Of a DNA stretch of 64,000 nucleotides, positions 9,874 through 19,593 are shown one piece after another. Source of the DNA: Burkholderiales bacterium (GTDB lineage Bacteria > Pseudomonadota > Gammaproteobacteria > Burkholderiales > Burkholderiaceae_E). The number at the start of each line of letters is the position of its first letter. Within the stretch, counting starts at the first letter, position 1. The stretch covers positions 1,311-65,310 of the forward strand of contig JANLTP010000064.1 in the NCBI GenBank assembly GCA_031363055.1, read 5' to 3'. The notes beneath the pieces are model-generated. The model was not told the origin of the DNA. It searched no databases and saw only the letters and a program-made list of their open reading frames with translations. The position numbers and the translations under genes were made by a program.

Positions 9874-10674
9874 TCAGTTCCGGAAGCTTGGGTCGAGCCG
9901 GTCGAGCTTGCGCAACAGCCCCGGCCATTCCATGACACCGTAAGGCCGTCGGGTCTTGGGTTGATAGTTATTCCAGGTCTCCTCGAGCACCTGGGCCGTC
10001 ACGGCATTGAGTGGGCTGTTGCAGGCCATCGCTGCCAACTGTGAGCGGCAGGCCAGCTCGAGCCGATGCATCCAGTTAAAGGCCTCGCCGACTGTTCGGC
10101 CAACACTGAGCGCGCCATGATTGCGCAGGATCAACACTTCGCTCTGCCCCAGGTTGCTGATCAGCGCGGCTTGCTCGTCGGTGTTCAACACAACACCCTG
10201 ATAATCGTGATAGCCGACCTTCAGGAATCGCATCGCGGTCTGAGTGATCGGCAACAAGCCGCAGGCCAGCGACGATACGGCCATCGAGGCCCAACTGTGG
10301 GTGTGAATGACGCAGGCCACTTCAGGCCGCGCCTCGTGCACGGCGCTGTGGATGACATAGCCGGCCTGGTTGACACCGTATTGCAGCTCGCCAAAATCAG
10401 GGGTCGAGAGAATCTTGCCGGCATGATCGACCTTGATGAGGCTTGAGGCCGTGATCTCTTCGTACATCATGCCGTAGGCGTTGATCAGAAAGGCACCGTC
10501 TTCGCCTGGCACGCGCGCCGAAATATGATTGGCCATCATATCTGACAGGCCATACAGATCGACCAGCCGATAACAGGCCGCCAGATCGATTCGCGCTTGC
10601 CATTCGGTGGGCGTGCAACGAGGCTGCATCGAGGCAACGTTCAAGGTGCCGGGTGAGCTTGAGGGCTGGGTCAT
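9874..10674 (-). CDS. Class II aldolase/adducin domain protein
   Basis: 266 aa with metal-binding-like IHTHS and HGALSVG motifs, typical of the class II aldolase/adducin fold. Confidence 0.8.
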   Translation of the reverse strand: MTQPSSSPGTLNVASMQPRCTPTEWQARIDLAACYRLVDLYGLSDMMANHISARVPGEDGAFLINAYGMMYEEITASSLIKVDHAGKILSTPDFGELQYGVNQAGYVIHSAVHEARPEVACVIHTHSWASMAVSSLACGLLPITQTAMRFLKVGYHDYQGVVLNTDEQAALISNLGQSEVLILRNHGALSVGRTVGEAFNWMHRLELACRSQLAAMACNSPLNAVTAQVLEETWNNYQPKTRRPYGVMEWPGLLRKLDRLDPSFRN

Positions 10675-10727
10675 GGGGTTGTGTACATGAGTCTAAACGC
10701 ATGAGGCATATTGGCTCTCGACATTCC

Positions 10728-12122
10728 TCAGTAATGCAGTTCGGCAATGACCACTCGGTTCTCGCTGACGGGCCAATTTCTGACGACGATGCGCTCGCGC
10801 TCGAACAAGCCGACGACCGCGCGCAGTGGCGTCGCGGCCACCACTACTCGTGCACTGGCGATGCCTGCCACGCCCTCACCGATTCCGGCTAGCGGCTTGC
10901 CGTCCAACTGCATTTGATAGCGCGCTGCGTCGAAGTAGCCGCGCGGTCGCTCCAGCGTAACGATGGCGGCCAGGTTGCGATCGGCGTCCGCCAGCCGACG
11001 GGGCCGCAGATTGACTAAGTCGCTGCTGCGTGCAAACGGCGAACGGTAGATATGAGTCGTCGCAAACCCGCTGGCGCTGACGACGAATTCGTGTGCGCTC
11101 GACGAATCGGTCGTGAACGGCCCCCAGCGGCCATCGGCCGTCACCGTTTTGCTGTGCACTGCCGCGCCCAGTCGCTCGCCGGTGCCCGGATTCACTTTGT
11201 ATATCTCGAGCATGCTGCCGGGTAGCGGCTGGTTGGTCACGAACGTGCCTTCGTAACCGGTGATGCGACCGTCCAGCACGACGCTGGCTTGCGCAATGAT
11301 TCCGCCCTGACGCAGTGGCTGTCCGGTGACGAACGACCAGGTCTGAACGAAGGCGTCGGTGTGGTACGACACTTCGCGATGATCGAGTTTACCGAGCACC
11401 AGGTTCTGCGCGCCCTTCAGTGCCGGGCCAGCCTCGGTGATGTTGGTTTTCAGATTCGGCTGACCGATCCAGCGGCCGTCGGGCTGGGCAAATTTATCGT
11501 TGCCCTGTGAGCGCAAGGTCAACCAGCGTGGCCCGGGAGTGACTTCGTTGCCGTCCGGCCCTTGTGGCGCGTTCAGCGCGCTCAGAAACGGTCCGGCGCC
11601 ATTGAACTCACTGTTCAGTCGAAAGTCGGTCGCCCAGACGCCATGATTCGGTACACCGCCCAGCACCACATGTGAAACCGTGCGCCCGCCATCGCCGTTG
11701 CGAATGTAGTTGCGAATGACATAGCCACCACGCGAATTACCGACCAGCGCAACCTGGCGTGCGCCGGTGCGTCGCAACACCGCCTTGACCTCGTCGCTCA
11801 AGTAGCGCAGTTGGTCATCGGTTCCGGAGCGGCCGACTTGCGGCTTGTCGTCTTCGTCGCGGGCCAGCGGCAGCGGGAAATCAACGGCATGCAAGTGACT
11901 GCGCGGCCAACCGTTCGATTCGAATCGCCATAGCATGGTCGTCCAGGTTGCAGCCGAATCGCCGTTGCCATGCACAAACACAATCGGGGTTCGAGGATCG
12001 GCAGGGGGCCCTTGCAACAGCGTGCCGCAGCCCGCCAGCAAGGCCGCGCTTATCAGTGCGATTGCCCCGCCCGTCCGCCACCAACCCAACAACAGAACTC
12101 GCCGCACTAAATTTGGTTTCAT
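10728..12122 (-). CDS. Secreted lipoprotein, alpha/beta hydrolase (lipase/esterase-like)
   Basis: 464 aa with a lipobox-like signal ...SAALLAGCG. VFVHGNGDS and GNSRGG (GxSxG nucleophile elbow) are present. Confidence 0.7.
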   Translation of the reverse strand: MKPNLVRRVLLLGWWRTGGAIALISAALLAGCGTLLQGPPADPRTPIVFVHGNGDSAATWTTMLWRFESNGWPRSHLHAVDFPLPLARDEDDKPQVGRSGTDDQLRYLSDEVKAVLRRTGARQVALVGNSRGGYVIRNYIRNGDGGRTVSHVVLGGVPNHGVWATDFRLNSEFNGAGPFLSALNAPQGPDGNEVTPGPRWLTLRSQGNDKFAQPDGRWIGQPNLKTNITEAGPALKGAQNLVLGKLDHREVSYHTDAFVQTWSFVTGQPLRQGGIIAQASVVLDGRITGYEGTFVTNQPLPGSMLEIYKVNPGTGERLGAAVHSKTVTADGRWGPFTTDSSSAHEFVVSASGFATTHIYRSPFARSSDLVNLRPRRLADADRNLAAIVTLERPRGYFDAARYQMQLDGKPLAGIGEGVAGIASARVVVAATPLRAVVGLFERERIVVRNWPVSENRVVIAELHY

Positions 12123-12155
12123 GCCTGCATCACTACTTTATAGAGCCAACGCTCG

Positions 12156-13151
12156 TTAGAACAATTGCCAAGGAATCGGGTCAAACGCGTAACCGCTGCC
12201 GCTGCTGCGCAACTGACCAATGCCCGGGAAGGTGACATGGACCGCGCCGATCAGAAACTTTTCGGTGGCGGCCTGCTCGAACAGTGCCTTGCGGGCGGCC
12301 CGCGCCATGGTCTGATCCCAGTCGAAGGCGACCGTGAATTCCGGTCTCGGAAACTGCACCGGGGCCACATGCATAAGGTTGCCGAACAGCAGCAAGCGCG
12401 CATTGCCGGATTGCACCATGTAACAACTGTGGCCCGGCGTGTGCCCGGCGGCGTTCACTGAACGAATGCCCGGCGTCAGTTCGTCACCCAGGGTGAAGGT
12501 CTTGATGCGATCGCCATAGGCGGCCAGAGCCCGTTTGGCCGGCACAAACCGGGATCGTTGTGCTGGCGGTGCCTTCTCTTCAACTTCGGCGCTGGTCCAG
12601 TAGTCAAAATCGGGTTTCGCCATTCGCAAGATGGCATTGGCGAACAACTTGGCACCTTCCGGCGTGACGGCGCCGTGCAGATGGTCGCCGTGCATGTGAG
12701 TGATGTAGACCTCGTCGATTTGGCCGGGCTCGATGCCGGCAGCAGCCAAGGCCTGCGGCAGTCGGCCAGCCGTCGGACCCAACATCTTGGCGCCACCGGT
12801 GTCGATGAGCACGAGCTTTTCGCCGGTATTCACGAGGAACGTGTTGACCGGCAAAAGCAAGGGAGCGCCGGCCGCTATACCGGCTTGTTCCAGGTGCTGC
12901 TTCATGACTTCCGGATCGCCAATCAGTACCGTCGGCGGCACATCGATAAAGCCGTCGAGTAACGTTGTGACCTCAAAGTTGCCGAGCTTTAGCCGATGCA
13001 CACTGGTCATCTGATTGCCGGCGAGTGCTGCACGCGCTTGCGCTGGCTGAGCAGCCAGTGGACCTAGAGCCGCGCCAATGGCTGAGCCGAGTGCGAGTCC
13101 GCTGATGCCGCGCAGGCTCGATCGGCGAGAATAAGCTCGTGAATTTTGCAT
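12156..13151 (-). CDS. Tat-exported MBL-fold metallo-hydrolase (lactonase-like)
   Basis: I chose the ATG at 13151, which has a GGAGAC SD. The N-terminus has a twin-arginine-like SRRSSLRG followed by a hydrophobic stretch and AQA. The HMHGDH (HxHxDH) motif is present. Confidence 0.8.
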   Translation of the reverse strand: MQNSRAYSRRSSLRGISGLALGSAIGAALGPLAAQPAQARAALAGNQMTSVHRLKLGNFEVTTLLDGFIDVPPTVLIGDPEVMKQHLEQAGIAAGAPLLLPVNTFLVNTGEKLVLIDTGGAKMLGPTAGRLPQALAAAGIEPGQIDEVYITHMHGDHLHGAVTPEGAKLFANAILRMAKPDFDYWTSAEVEEKAPPAQRSRFVPAKRALAAYGDRIKTFTLGDELTPGIRSVNAAGHTPGHSCYMVQSGNARLLLFGNLMHVAPVQFPRPEFTVAFDWDQTMARAARKALFEQAATEKFLIGAVHVTFPGIGQLRSSGSGYAFDPIPWQLF

Positions 13152-13237
13152 GGTTTTAGTGTCTCCGTATTTTGATCTGTGCGCTGGCGTCTTCGAGCGC
13201 GCGCTGCGGCAGCAAGTATAGGGTGAATCGTCCGACC

Positions 13238-14890
13238 TCAAACCTTGCCCAGAGCCTCGTCAAGGTCATCAAAAACATTCTCGGCGCCCAAGGTTTCCAG
13301 AAATCCGGAGCGACGAATCAATGACGCTGGTTGTTCGTTGACTTCAGCCAAAATCAGTTTTCCACCTCGTTTGCATAACATGCGATGCACGGCCTCCAGC
13401 GCCTCCAGGCCGGTGGTGTCCAGATTGATCAGTTGATGCATCTCGAGGATCAACACATCGGGCAGCGGTCGCGCCGGATCGAACAGTTGCTCGAGCTTGG
13501 TGACCGAACCAAAGAACAGCGAACCGAACACCCGATACGCGACGACCGAGCGGCCGTCGCTGCGCTTGGCCAGATCGGCGGGCAATCGGATTTCGTCCAA
13601 CCGGGTCAAGGTCGAGATACGGTGAATGAAAAACAGGCTCGCCAGCACCAGCCCGACTTCAACCGCGACGGTCAGATCGAACGCAACCGTCAAGGCAAAG
13701 GTCAGCAAGGTGATTGTCTGGTAGCTGATCGAATAGTGACGCAAGCGCCGGAACGCGGCCCAGTCGCCCATGTTCCAGGCGACCGATAGCAGAATCGCGG
13801 CCAGTGACACCATGGGAATGTATTCGGCCAAGGGCGCAGCCACGACAATGATCAGCAGCAAGGTCAATGAGTGAACGATTCCGGCCACCGGCGAGCGTGC
13901 ACCGCTGCGAACATTGGTGACCGTTCTCGCAATGGTGCCGGTGGCGGCAATGCCGCCGAACAGTGGCGCGACGAAGTTGGCCACCCCTTGTGCCATGAGT
14001 TCCTGATTCGGATCGTGCCGATCGTTGATCATGCCGTCGGCAATGCGAGCGCACAACAGCGATTCGATCGCGCCCAGCAAGGCGATCGACAAGGCCGGCA
14101 CCACCAGTCTCTGTGCGCTCGACCAATCGAACTCAGGTAGCGCAATACCGGGCAGCCCTTGCGGGATTTGCCCGAAGCGGCTGCCAATGGTGTCCAACGG
14201 CACATTGAACAGCTTGACGGCCAGTACACCAATCAACAACGCCACGATCGTGCTCGGAATTCTGGCCAGGATGCGTCGCCAACGTCGATCGTTGGCCTGA
14301 TAGGATTTTGGCCACAACATGACCAGTGCCAGCGTACCCAGCCCGATGGCGGCAGCCGAGCCATTGATCGTATGCGCCGCGCTCACCAGCGCCGCCAGCT
14401 GTGAGAAAAAGTTTGACGGCATCGCATTGATTTGCAGACCCAGGAAGTCGCGGATCTGCATGATCGCGATGATGACGGCAATACCGTTGGTAAAGCCGAT
14501 GACAATAGAGACCGGAATGAAGCGGATCAGGTTGCCGAGCTTGAATGCGCCCATCAGGAACAGCAACACGCCGGCCATCATGGTGCTGATCAGCAAGCTC
14601 GCCAGACCATAACGCTCGACGATCGCATACAACAGCGCGACGAAGGCGCCGGCCGGCCCGCCAATTTGGACCTTGGAGCCGCCGAGCAGCGAGATCAGGA
14701 AGCCGGCAACAATGGCCGTAAAAATACCGTGCTCGGGTCGGGCGCCCGAGGCAATACCGAAGGCCATGGCCAACGGCAACGCTACGATGCCCACAGTGAG
14801 GCCGGCTGCGAGGTCAGCGGAAAAGTCTTTGCGATCGTAGTGCTTGAGGCTCTCGATCAAGCGCGGCCGAAAGCTGAACTCGGAGAACAT
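13238..14890 (-). CDS. SulP-family anion transporter with C-terminal STAS domain
   Basis: About 550 aa and polytopic, with DFSADLAAGLTVGIVALPLAMAFG, typical of SulP, and a STAS-like C-terminus. I chose the ATG at 14890; the TTG at 14902 is an alternative. Confidence 0.85.
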   Translation of the reverse strand: MFSEFSFRPRLIESLKHYDRKDFSADLAAGLTVGIVALPLAMAFGIASGARPEHGIFTAIVAGFLISLLGGSKVQIGGPAGAFVALLYAIVERYGLASLLISTMMAGVLLFLMGAFKLGNLIRFIPVSIVIGFTNGIAVIIAIMQIRDFLGLQINAMPSNFFSQLAALVSAAHTINGSAAAIGLGTLALVMLWPKSYQANDRRWRRILARIPSTIVALLIGVLAVKLFNVPLDTIGSRFGQIPQGLPGIALPEFDWSSAQRLVVPALSIALLGAIESLLCARIADGMINDRHDPNQELMAQGVANFVAPLFGGIAATGTIARTVTNVRSGARSPVAGIVHSLTLLLIIVVAAPLAEYIPMVSLAAILLSVAWNMGDWAAFRRLRHYSISYQTITLLTFALTVAFDLTVAVEVGLVLASLFFIHRISTLTRLDEIRLPADLAKRSDGRSVVAYRVFGSLFFGSVTKLEQLFDPARPLPDVLILEMHQLINLDTTGLEALEAVHRMLCKRGGKLILAEVNEQPASLIRRSGFLETLGAENVFDDLDEALGKV

Positions 14891-14949
14891 GCTCAGGCGC
14901 AATCACACATCGCGTATAGTTTACGCGAGACCCAGTACCGGAGACCACC

Positions 14950-15936
14950 ATGAAATCATATCGATCATTCTCTATGCGCAGAGCCTGCCTGAGCCTGGCG
15001 GCGTTGTGCGCCTCGGCCCTGAGTGTTGCGGGCCATGCTCAAAGCTGGCCGAACAAAACGATTACGTTGGTGACGCCGCAAGCCACCGGTGGCACCTCGG
15101 ACATTCTGGCGCGCGCAATGGCTGAACGCCTGTCACAGCGGCTCGGTCAAAGTGTGGTGGTCGAGAACCGGGTCGGCGCTGGCGGTAACATTGGTACCGG
15201 CCAGGTCGCCAAGGCTGCGCCCGACGGCTACACCTTGCTGGTTGGTTACGTCGGGACGCTGGCAATCAATCCGAGCCTGTATGCGTCGGTGCCGTTTGAT
15301 CCCATCGACAGTTTCAGCAATATCGTCGGTATCGCCGACGTACCGCTGGTGCTGGTGGTGCGCAACGATTTCCCGGCCAGGACGCTCGATGAGCTGGTTC
15401 AGTACGCCCGCACCAAACCGCTGGTCTACGGTTCGGCCGGTAATGGCACTATGAACCACATGGCCGGTGAGCTACTGAATCAGGCCGGAAAAATCAAGAT
15501 GACTCACATACCGTATCGCGGCGTTGCGCCGGCCGTGACCGATCTGGTCGGCGGTCAGGTCGATCTGGCGTTTGCATCGCTACCGTCGTCGCATCCGTTC
15601 ATCAACAGCGGCAAGCTGCGCGCCATTGCGGTGACCAGCGAGACTCGCTCGAAGGCCATGCCGGAGGTGCCGACCATGCTGGAGTCGAAGCTGGCACCGA
15701 TCAGCGTGTCGACCTGGTACTCGATCATGGCGCCGAAGGGTGTGCCGGCCGCCGTGGTGACCCGGATCAATGCCGAGGTCGTTGCCATTCTGGAGACGCC
15801 TGAAATGAAAGCGCGGCTCGAATCGCTGGGTGCGGTGGTGTGGTCGGTGGGCCCGGAGCAGTTGTTATCGACGATCAAATCGGATCTTGCGCGCTGGTCC
15901 AAGATCGTCAAGGACTCGGGCGCGAAGATCGATTGA
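14950..15936 (+). CDS. Bug/TctC-family tripartite tricarboxylate transporter substrate-binding protein
   Basis: 328 aa with a signal peptide. WPNKTITLVTP...GGTSD...VVVENRVGAGGNIG...APDGYTLL is the Bug-family signature. Confidence 0.9.
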   Translation: MKSYRSFSMRRACLSLAALCASALSVAGHAQSWPNKTITLVTPQATGGTSDILARAMAERLSQRLGQSVVVENRVGAGGNIGTGQVAKAAPDGYTLLVGYVGTLAINPSLYASVPFDPIDSFSNIVGIADVPLVLVVRNDFPARTLDELVQYARTKPLVYGSAGNGTMNHMAGELLNQAGKIKMTHIPYRGVAPAVTDLVGGQVDLAFASLPSSHPFINSGKLRAIAVTSETRSKAMPEVPTMLESKLAPISVSTWYSIMAPKGVPAAVVTRINAEVVAILETPEMKARLESLGAVVWSVGPEQLLSTIKSDLARWSKIVKDSGAKID

Positions 15937-15957
15937 TTGACTCAGGCCAGCAAGGAC

Positions 15958-18900
15958 TCAGACCAGCAGATTGGGGTTATAGCCTTCCATGGTGACGAAT
16001 AGAATTTGCGGCGGTGCGCCCACCGGAGTTGCTACTGAGGCGTCGTGGTAACCACTGCCCATCAGGTCCTGGACCGTGTCGTATTGCCCGCTTGCGGTAC
16101 CGTATTGAACGCCTTCGAGCACGATCGAACCGATCGTGGCGCCACCGGCACCATGCAGGGTAATCTTGACGTTGTTGGCTGCCGTGCCGTCGCTAGTGAC
16201 GTCCAGATACTGATTGGCACTGGTGGCTTGAACCAGGTCATGGAAACTCAGGTTGTTGTCAGCGTCATTGGTGGTCCCGGTGGCTTGCACGAGCGGGCCG
16301 CCTGGGCCGCCTTGTTGCCGAATCGAGTCGGGCGTGCGCGAGGCATCCGCATTGGTAGTGGCGCTCCAGACCCCGGTTCCAAGATGTGAGTCGACCAGAT
16401 CGATCAGCGACAAGCGATCATTGCCGACCTGAAAATCCTTGATGACATCGTTGCCGCTGTTGGAACGCATAGAGTAAACAAACACGTTGCCGGAAGTATC
16501 GACCGCGCCTGCCGCACCGCCCCACAGAGTATCGTTGCCGGCTTGACCGTACAAGATGTCCTGCCCGGCGCCGCCGACCAGGAGATCGTTGCCATCGACC
16601 GTCGTGGCATCCAGATGCACCGAATCGATTCGCAGACTGTGCTGGTTCTGTGGCGTGGTCGTGCGGGTGCTGTAGACCCTGATATCGAGGTCGCTGCTGC
16701 CCGAGCCGGCCTGCGGATTAACGGTCCAGCTCAAATTGACATGGCTTGCACCGTCGGTCGTCACAGTCGGCGCTGTGCCTGACCAGGTATTGGTGATCGC
16801 ATCGTAGACCGCCAACTCTGTGCCCTTCCAGCGAACCACGATCGAATTGTTCGACAGGTCCGGGTTGCTGGCGTGTATGTTCAGCAAATAGGTATCGTTC
16901 GGATTGGTGATGATCGTCTGCAGAATTTCGGTTCCGCCCTGGGTCGGATCAATGGCGGCAGCCAGCAGGTAACGACCGCCATTCCCGGAGGTATCAGGGG
17001 TCTCATTAATACCCACTTCAGCGGTTGATCGTAGTTGATAAAGCGGTGGAATGTGTTCGTCGACGCCCGGCGTGGCAACGTTATCCGGTACGCCCAACCA
17101 TTGGATTTCTGCACTTGGACCCGATCCAAACTGTCGGGAGGCGATGCCCACATAGTCAACCAGGCCCCAACCAAGGCCGGCGACACCACCGCTGGTATTG
17201 AAAAACGCTACGTTGCCGCTGACCAGGCCGTTGTCCCAGATACCGTCTGCGTTGCCGCCGCGCAGGTCCCAGTATTCAAACTGATAATTACGCACGCTCG
17301 CCGCCGAACCACCGAACAGGCGATCGTTGCCGGCACCACCGGTAATCTGATCGTCGCCTGCGCTGCCGATCAACAGGTCTGCGCCGCCGGAGCCGTTCAA
17401 GACATCGTTGGCGGATGATCCGTAAGTGGGCGTTGGGTTCGAATTAGGTGCCGTTGCAGTTGCCGAGACGCTCTTGTTGCCGGCCGTATCGAACGCATTG
17501 ACGACCAGGGTTTGACCGCTGGTGTAGGCGGTGGCGAAGGTAAAGATACCGTTGGCTGCAGCCGTTGCAGTGGCGTCAGCCACGCCGTCGCCGTTCGTAT
17601 CCAGGCTCAGCTTGTTGCCAGCCGAGGTCGTGCCGGAAACGACGCCTACGCCGCTGACCGATAAGGTCGGCGCCCCAGGCGCGACGGTATCGATCATCAC
17701 GGGGTGCGCGGTCGCGCTGCTGGTCCGTCCAAACCGGGTTTCGGTGGCCGTGATCGAACTCGCGCCTTCGGTGCCTGGAATTTCGCCAGTCGCGAACGCA
17801 GAAATCCAGTTGCCTGATGCGTCGACGTTAGCGGTCTTGTTGGTGGTACCCCAGGTAACGGTGACTTCGCCACCCGCAACACCCGTGCCTGTCACCGTGA
17901 TGCCCGCCGCCCGTTCGCTGGCATTGATCAGATCGTCAGTCGATATCGCCGCGATGGTCGGCGCGGCTGGGACCGCTACCGAACCCGCCAGGCTCGCGTT
18001 ACCGGCCGCATCAAACGCAACGACACTGACGGTCTTGTTGTTCGCCAGTGCGCTCGTAAACGTGAAAGTGCCGTTCGCGCCGGCCGTCACAGTAGCATCG
18101 GCAACGCCGTCGGCATTCGTATCCAGCGTCACTTTGTTGCCGGCCGAGGTCGTGCCAGAGATGATACCGGTGGCGCTCGCGAGAACGATCGGTGCATTCG
18201 GCGCTACCGTGTCCACGGTCAAGGAGCGGGTAGCCGCGCTACTCGTCTGGCCGGATCGGCTTTCGGTAGCCGATAACGTCACAGCGCCCTCAAGAGCCGG
18301 GATCTCGCCCGCCGCAAATGTCGTGGTCCAGCGTCCGCCGGCATCGACCGTGGTGGTTTTGTTCGAGGCACCCCAACTGATCGACAGTGCTGCACCGGCT
18401 ACGCCACCGCCGCTGACGGCAACGCCGGCACTTCGCTCGCTCGCGTTGATGATGTCATCGGTGGCTACCGTGTCGATGGTCGGCGCCGCCAACGGTGCTT
18501 GTGTCGGTAATGATTCAATCGTCACGCTATGAGTGGTGACCGCGCTGGTCTGGCCGGCATTGGTGACGCTGGCCGTGATGGCGCTACTACCGAGGGCTGC
18601 TGGCACATCCGCAGCGGCAAACATCACCGACCAGTGTCCGGCCGCATCCACGGTCGTTGATTTGCTGGCGTTGCCCCAGACGATGCTCAACATCGCACCG
18701 GCGACGCCCGCGCCAGTCACCGTGACACCTGCGCTGATTTCACTGCCGCTGATGACATCGTTGCCGGTCACCGAATCAATGGTCGGTGCTGGCGGTGCGT
18801 TGGCCGTTGTGGTGTTGGGCACTACAGGGGTGGCCGCGCCGCTCGAGTCTGATTTGCTTGAGCCGCCACCGCCACCGCCGGCGGCAGCCGCGAGTCCGAC

Positions 18901-19356
18901 CACGCCGGCTACGGTACCAATGGTTCCCATGGACAAGCCAGCCGCTTCGGCACCGGTCACTGCCGCTGACGCACCGACCGGGGCCGATGCCGTTGCGCCG
19001 GTTGCGGTCGCTGGGGCGGTTTCAGCAGTAGCCGTGGCAGTGGCAGTCGCGTTTTCAACGGCAGGCGTAGCGCCGGCCGCCGATTCAGTCGCGGTGGTGA
19101 TCGTCTCGGCCGAGGCCTGCGCGTAGAGGTTAGCCTGCCGGTCAATCTGCGAGCGGTCAACCTGTGGGTCAGCCTGCAGGTCCACCAGCCGGTCTACCAG
19201 CCGGTCGACCGGCTGGCCGTGGCGGATTTCCGCACCAGTCATCTCTGACGCCGTCGCGTTACCGGAATCATTCACGGGGCGCTTCGAAAGCGTGTTGGAT
19301 TTATTGTTCTGCGGGGAAACCGGAGCGCCAGTTTGTTTGCCAGAATTCGGAGTCAT
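15958..19356 (-). CDS. Large RTX / Ig-like repeat adhesin, type I secretion substrate
   Basis: 1132 aa.
- There are three ~95-aa repeats (APTID..ISGSE..GV.V.G.GVAG..) and two ~85-aa repeats (VDTVAP.AP...SGTTSAGNK..LDTN.DGVADAT..A.NG.FTF).
- Two nonapeptide RTX blocks are present (GGAGNDRLFGG; GGAGQDILYGQAGNDTLWGG).
- The C-terminal GNDVIKDFQVGNDRLSLIDL resembles the VC_A0849-type T1SS target domain. Confidence 0.85.
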   Translation of the reverse strand: MTPNSGKQTGAPVSPQNNKSNTLSKRPVNDSGNATASEMTGAEIRHGQPVDRLVDRLVDLQADPQVDRSQIDRQANLYAQASAETITTATESAAGATPAVENATATATATAETAPATATGATASAPVGASAAVTGAEAAGLSMGTIGTVAGVVGLAAAAGGGGGGSSKSDSSGAATPVVPNTTTANAPPAPTIDSVTGNDVISGSEISAGVTVTGAGVAGAMLSIVWGNASKSTTVDAAGHWSVMFAAADVPAALGSSAITASVTNAGQTSAVTTHSVTIESLPTQAPLAAPTIDTVATDDIINASERSAGVAVSGGGVAGAALSISWGASNKTTTVDAGGRWTTTFAAGEIPALEGAVTLSATESRSGQTSSAATRSLTVDTVAPNAPIVLASATGIISGTTSAGNKVTLDTNADGVADATVTAGANGTFTFTSALANNKTVSVVAFDAAGNASLAGSVAVPAAPTIAAISTDDLINASERAAGITVTGTGVAGGEVTVTWGTTNKTANVDASGNWISAFATGEIPGTEGASSITATETRFGRTSSATAHPVMIDTVAPGAPTLSVSGVGVVSGTTSAGNKLSLDTNGDGVADATATAAANGIFTFATAYTSGQTLVVNAFDTAGNKSVSATATAPNSNPTPTYGSSANDVLNGSGGADLLIGSAGDDQITGGAGNDRLFGGSAASVRNYQFEYWDLRGGNADGIWDNGLVSGNVAFFNTSGGVAGLGWGLVDYVGIASRQFGSGPSAEIQWLGVPDNVATPGVDEHIPPLYQLRSTAEVGINETPDTSGNGGRYLLAAAIDPTQGGTEILQTIITNPNDTYLLNIHASNPDLSNNSIVVRWKGTELAVYDAITNTWSGTAPTVTTDGASHVNLSWTVNPQAGSGSSDLDIRVYSTRTTTPQNQHSLRIDSVHLDATTVDGNDLLVGGAGQDILYGQAGNDTLWGGAAGAVDTSGNVFVYSMRSNSGNDVIKDFQVGNDRLSLIDLVDSHLGTGVWSATTNADASRTPDSIRQQGGPGGPLVQATGTTNDADNNLSFHDLVQATSANQYLDVTSDGTAANNVKITLHGAGGATIGSIVLEGVQYGTASGQYDTVQDLMGSGYHDASVATPVGAPPQILFVTMEGYNPNLLV
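17446..18795 (-). repeat. Intragenic tandem domain repeats of the adhesin (residues ~188-637)
   Basis: Repeated protein modules are read directly from the translation. The repeats are diverged at the DNA level. Confidence 0.8.
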
Positions 19357-19593
19357 GAGGGTACCGTAGCCTTGAAATTAGCTTGATGCGGGTCATAATT
19401 AATGGCGCAATCAGCCGCTGGAAGATCACAGCAGAATTCACCCGATCCCCAAGTCGACCCGATTGCGTCGGTCGCCAAGCATTCCAGCAGACGAGCGGGC
19501 TTTGCCATGTGACGAATGTCCTGCGCCAGGCGTTGGACAGTCTGAAAAATGACCAATAAGTCACAGAAAGTGCACTGTTAGAATGCGCCGCCC

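Noticed and set aside
17531-19126. Two long plus-strand ORFs (333 aa and 197 aa) opposite the adhesin gene
   Set aside because: They are Ala/Val/Thr/Pro-rich mirror translations of the repetitive GC-rich adhesin coding strand. They have no start context or recognisable domains. The minus-strand frame carries clear RTX and Ig-like motifs.
19440-19510. Possible c-di-GMP-I (GEMM) riboswitch upstream of the adhesin (minus-strand GGCAAAGCC ... GACGCAAUCGGGUC)
   Set aside because: Only two short strings resemble the GEMM consensus. The GACGCAA part folds more simply as the loop of a local hairpin (CGACCGA-CGCAA-UCGGGUCG). I could not build the P1/P2/P3 architecture by eye. A cmsearch with RF01051 would settle it.
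19357-19593. preQ1 riboswitch upstream of queC
   Set aside because: I looked for the preQ1-I/II consensus in the queC leader. I found only a TAGAAT-like -10 element close to the start, and no matching stem-loop plus A-rich tail.
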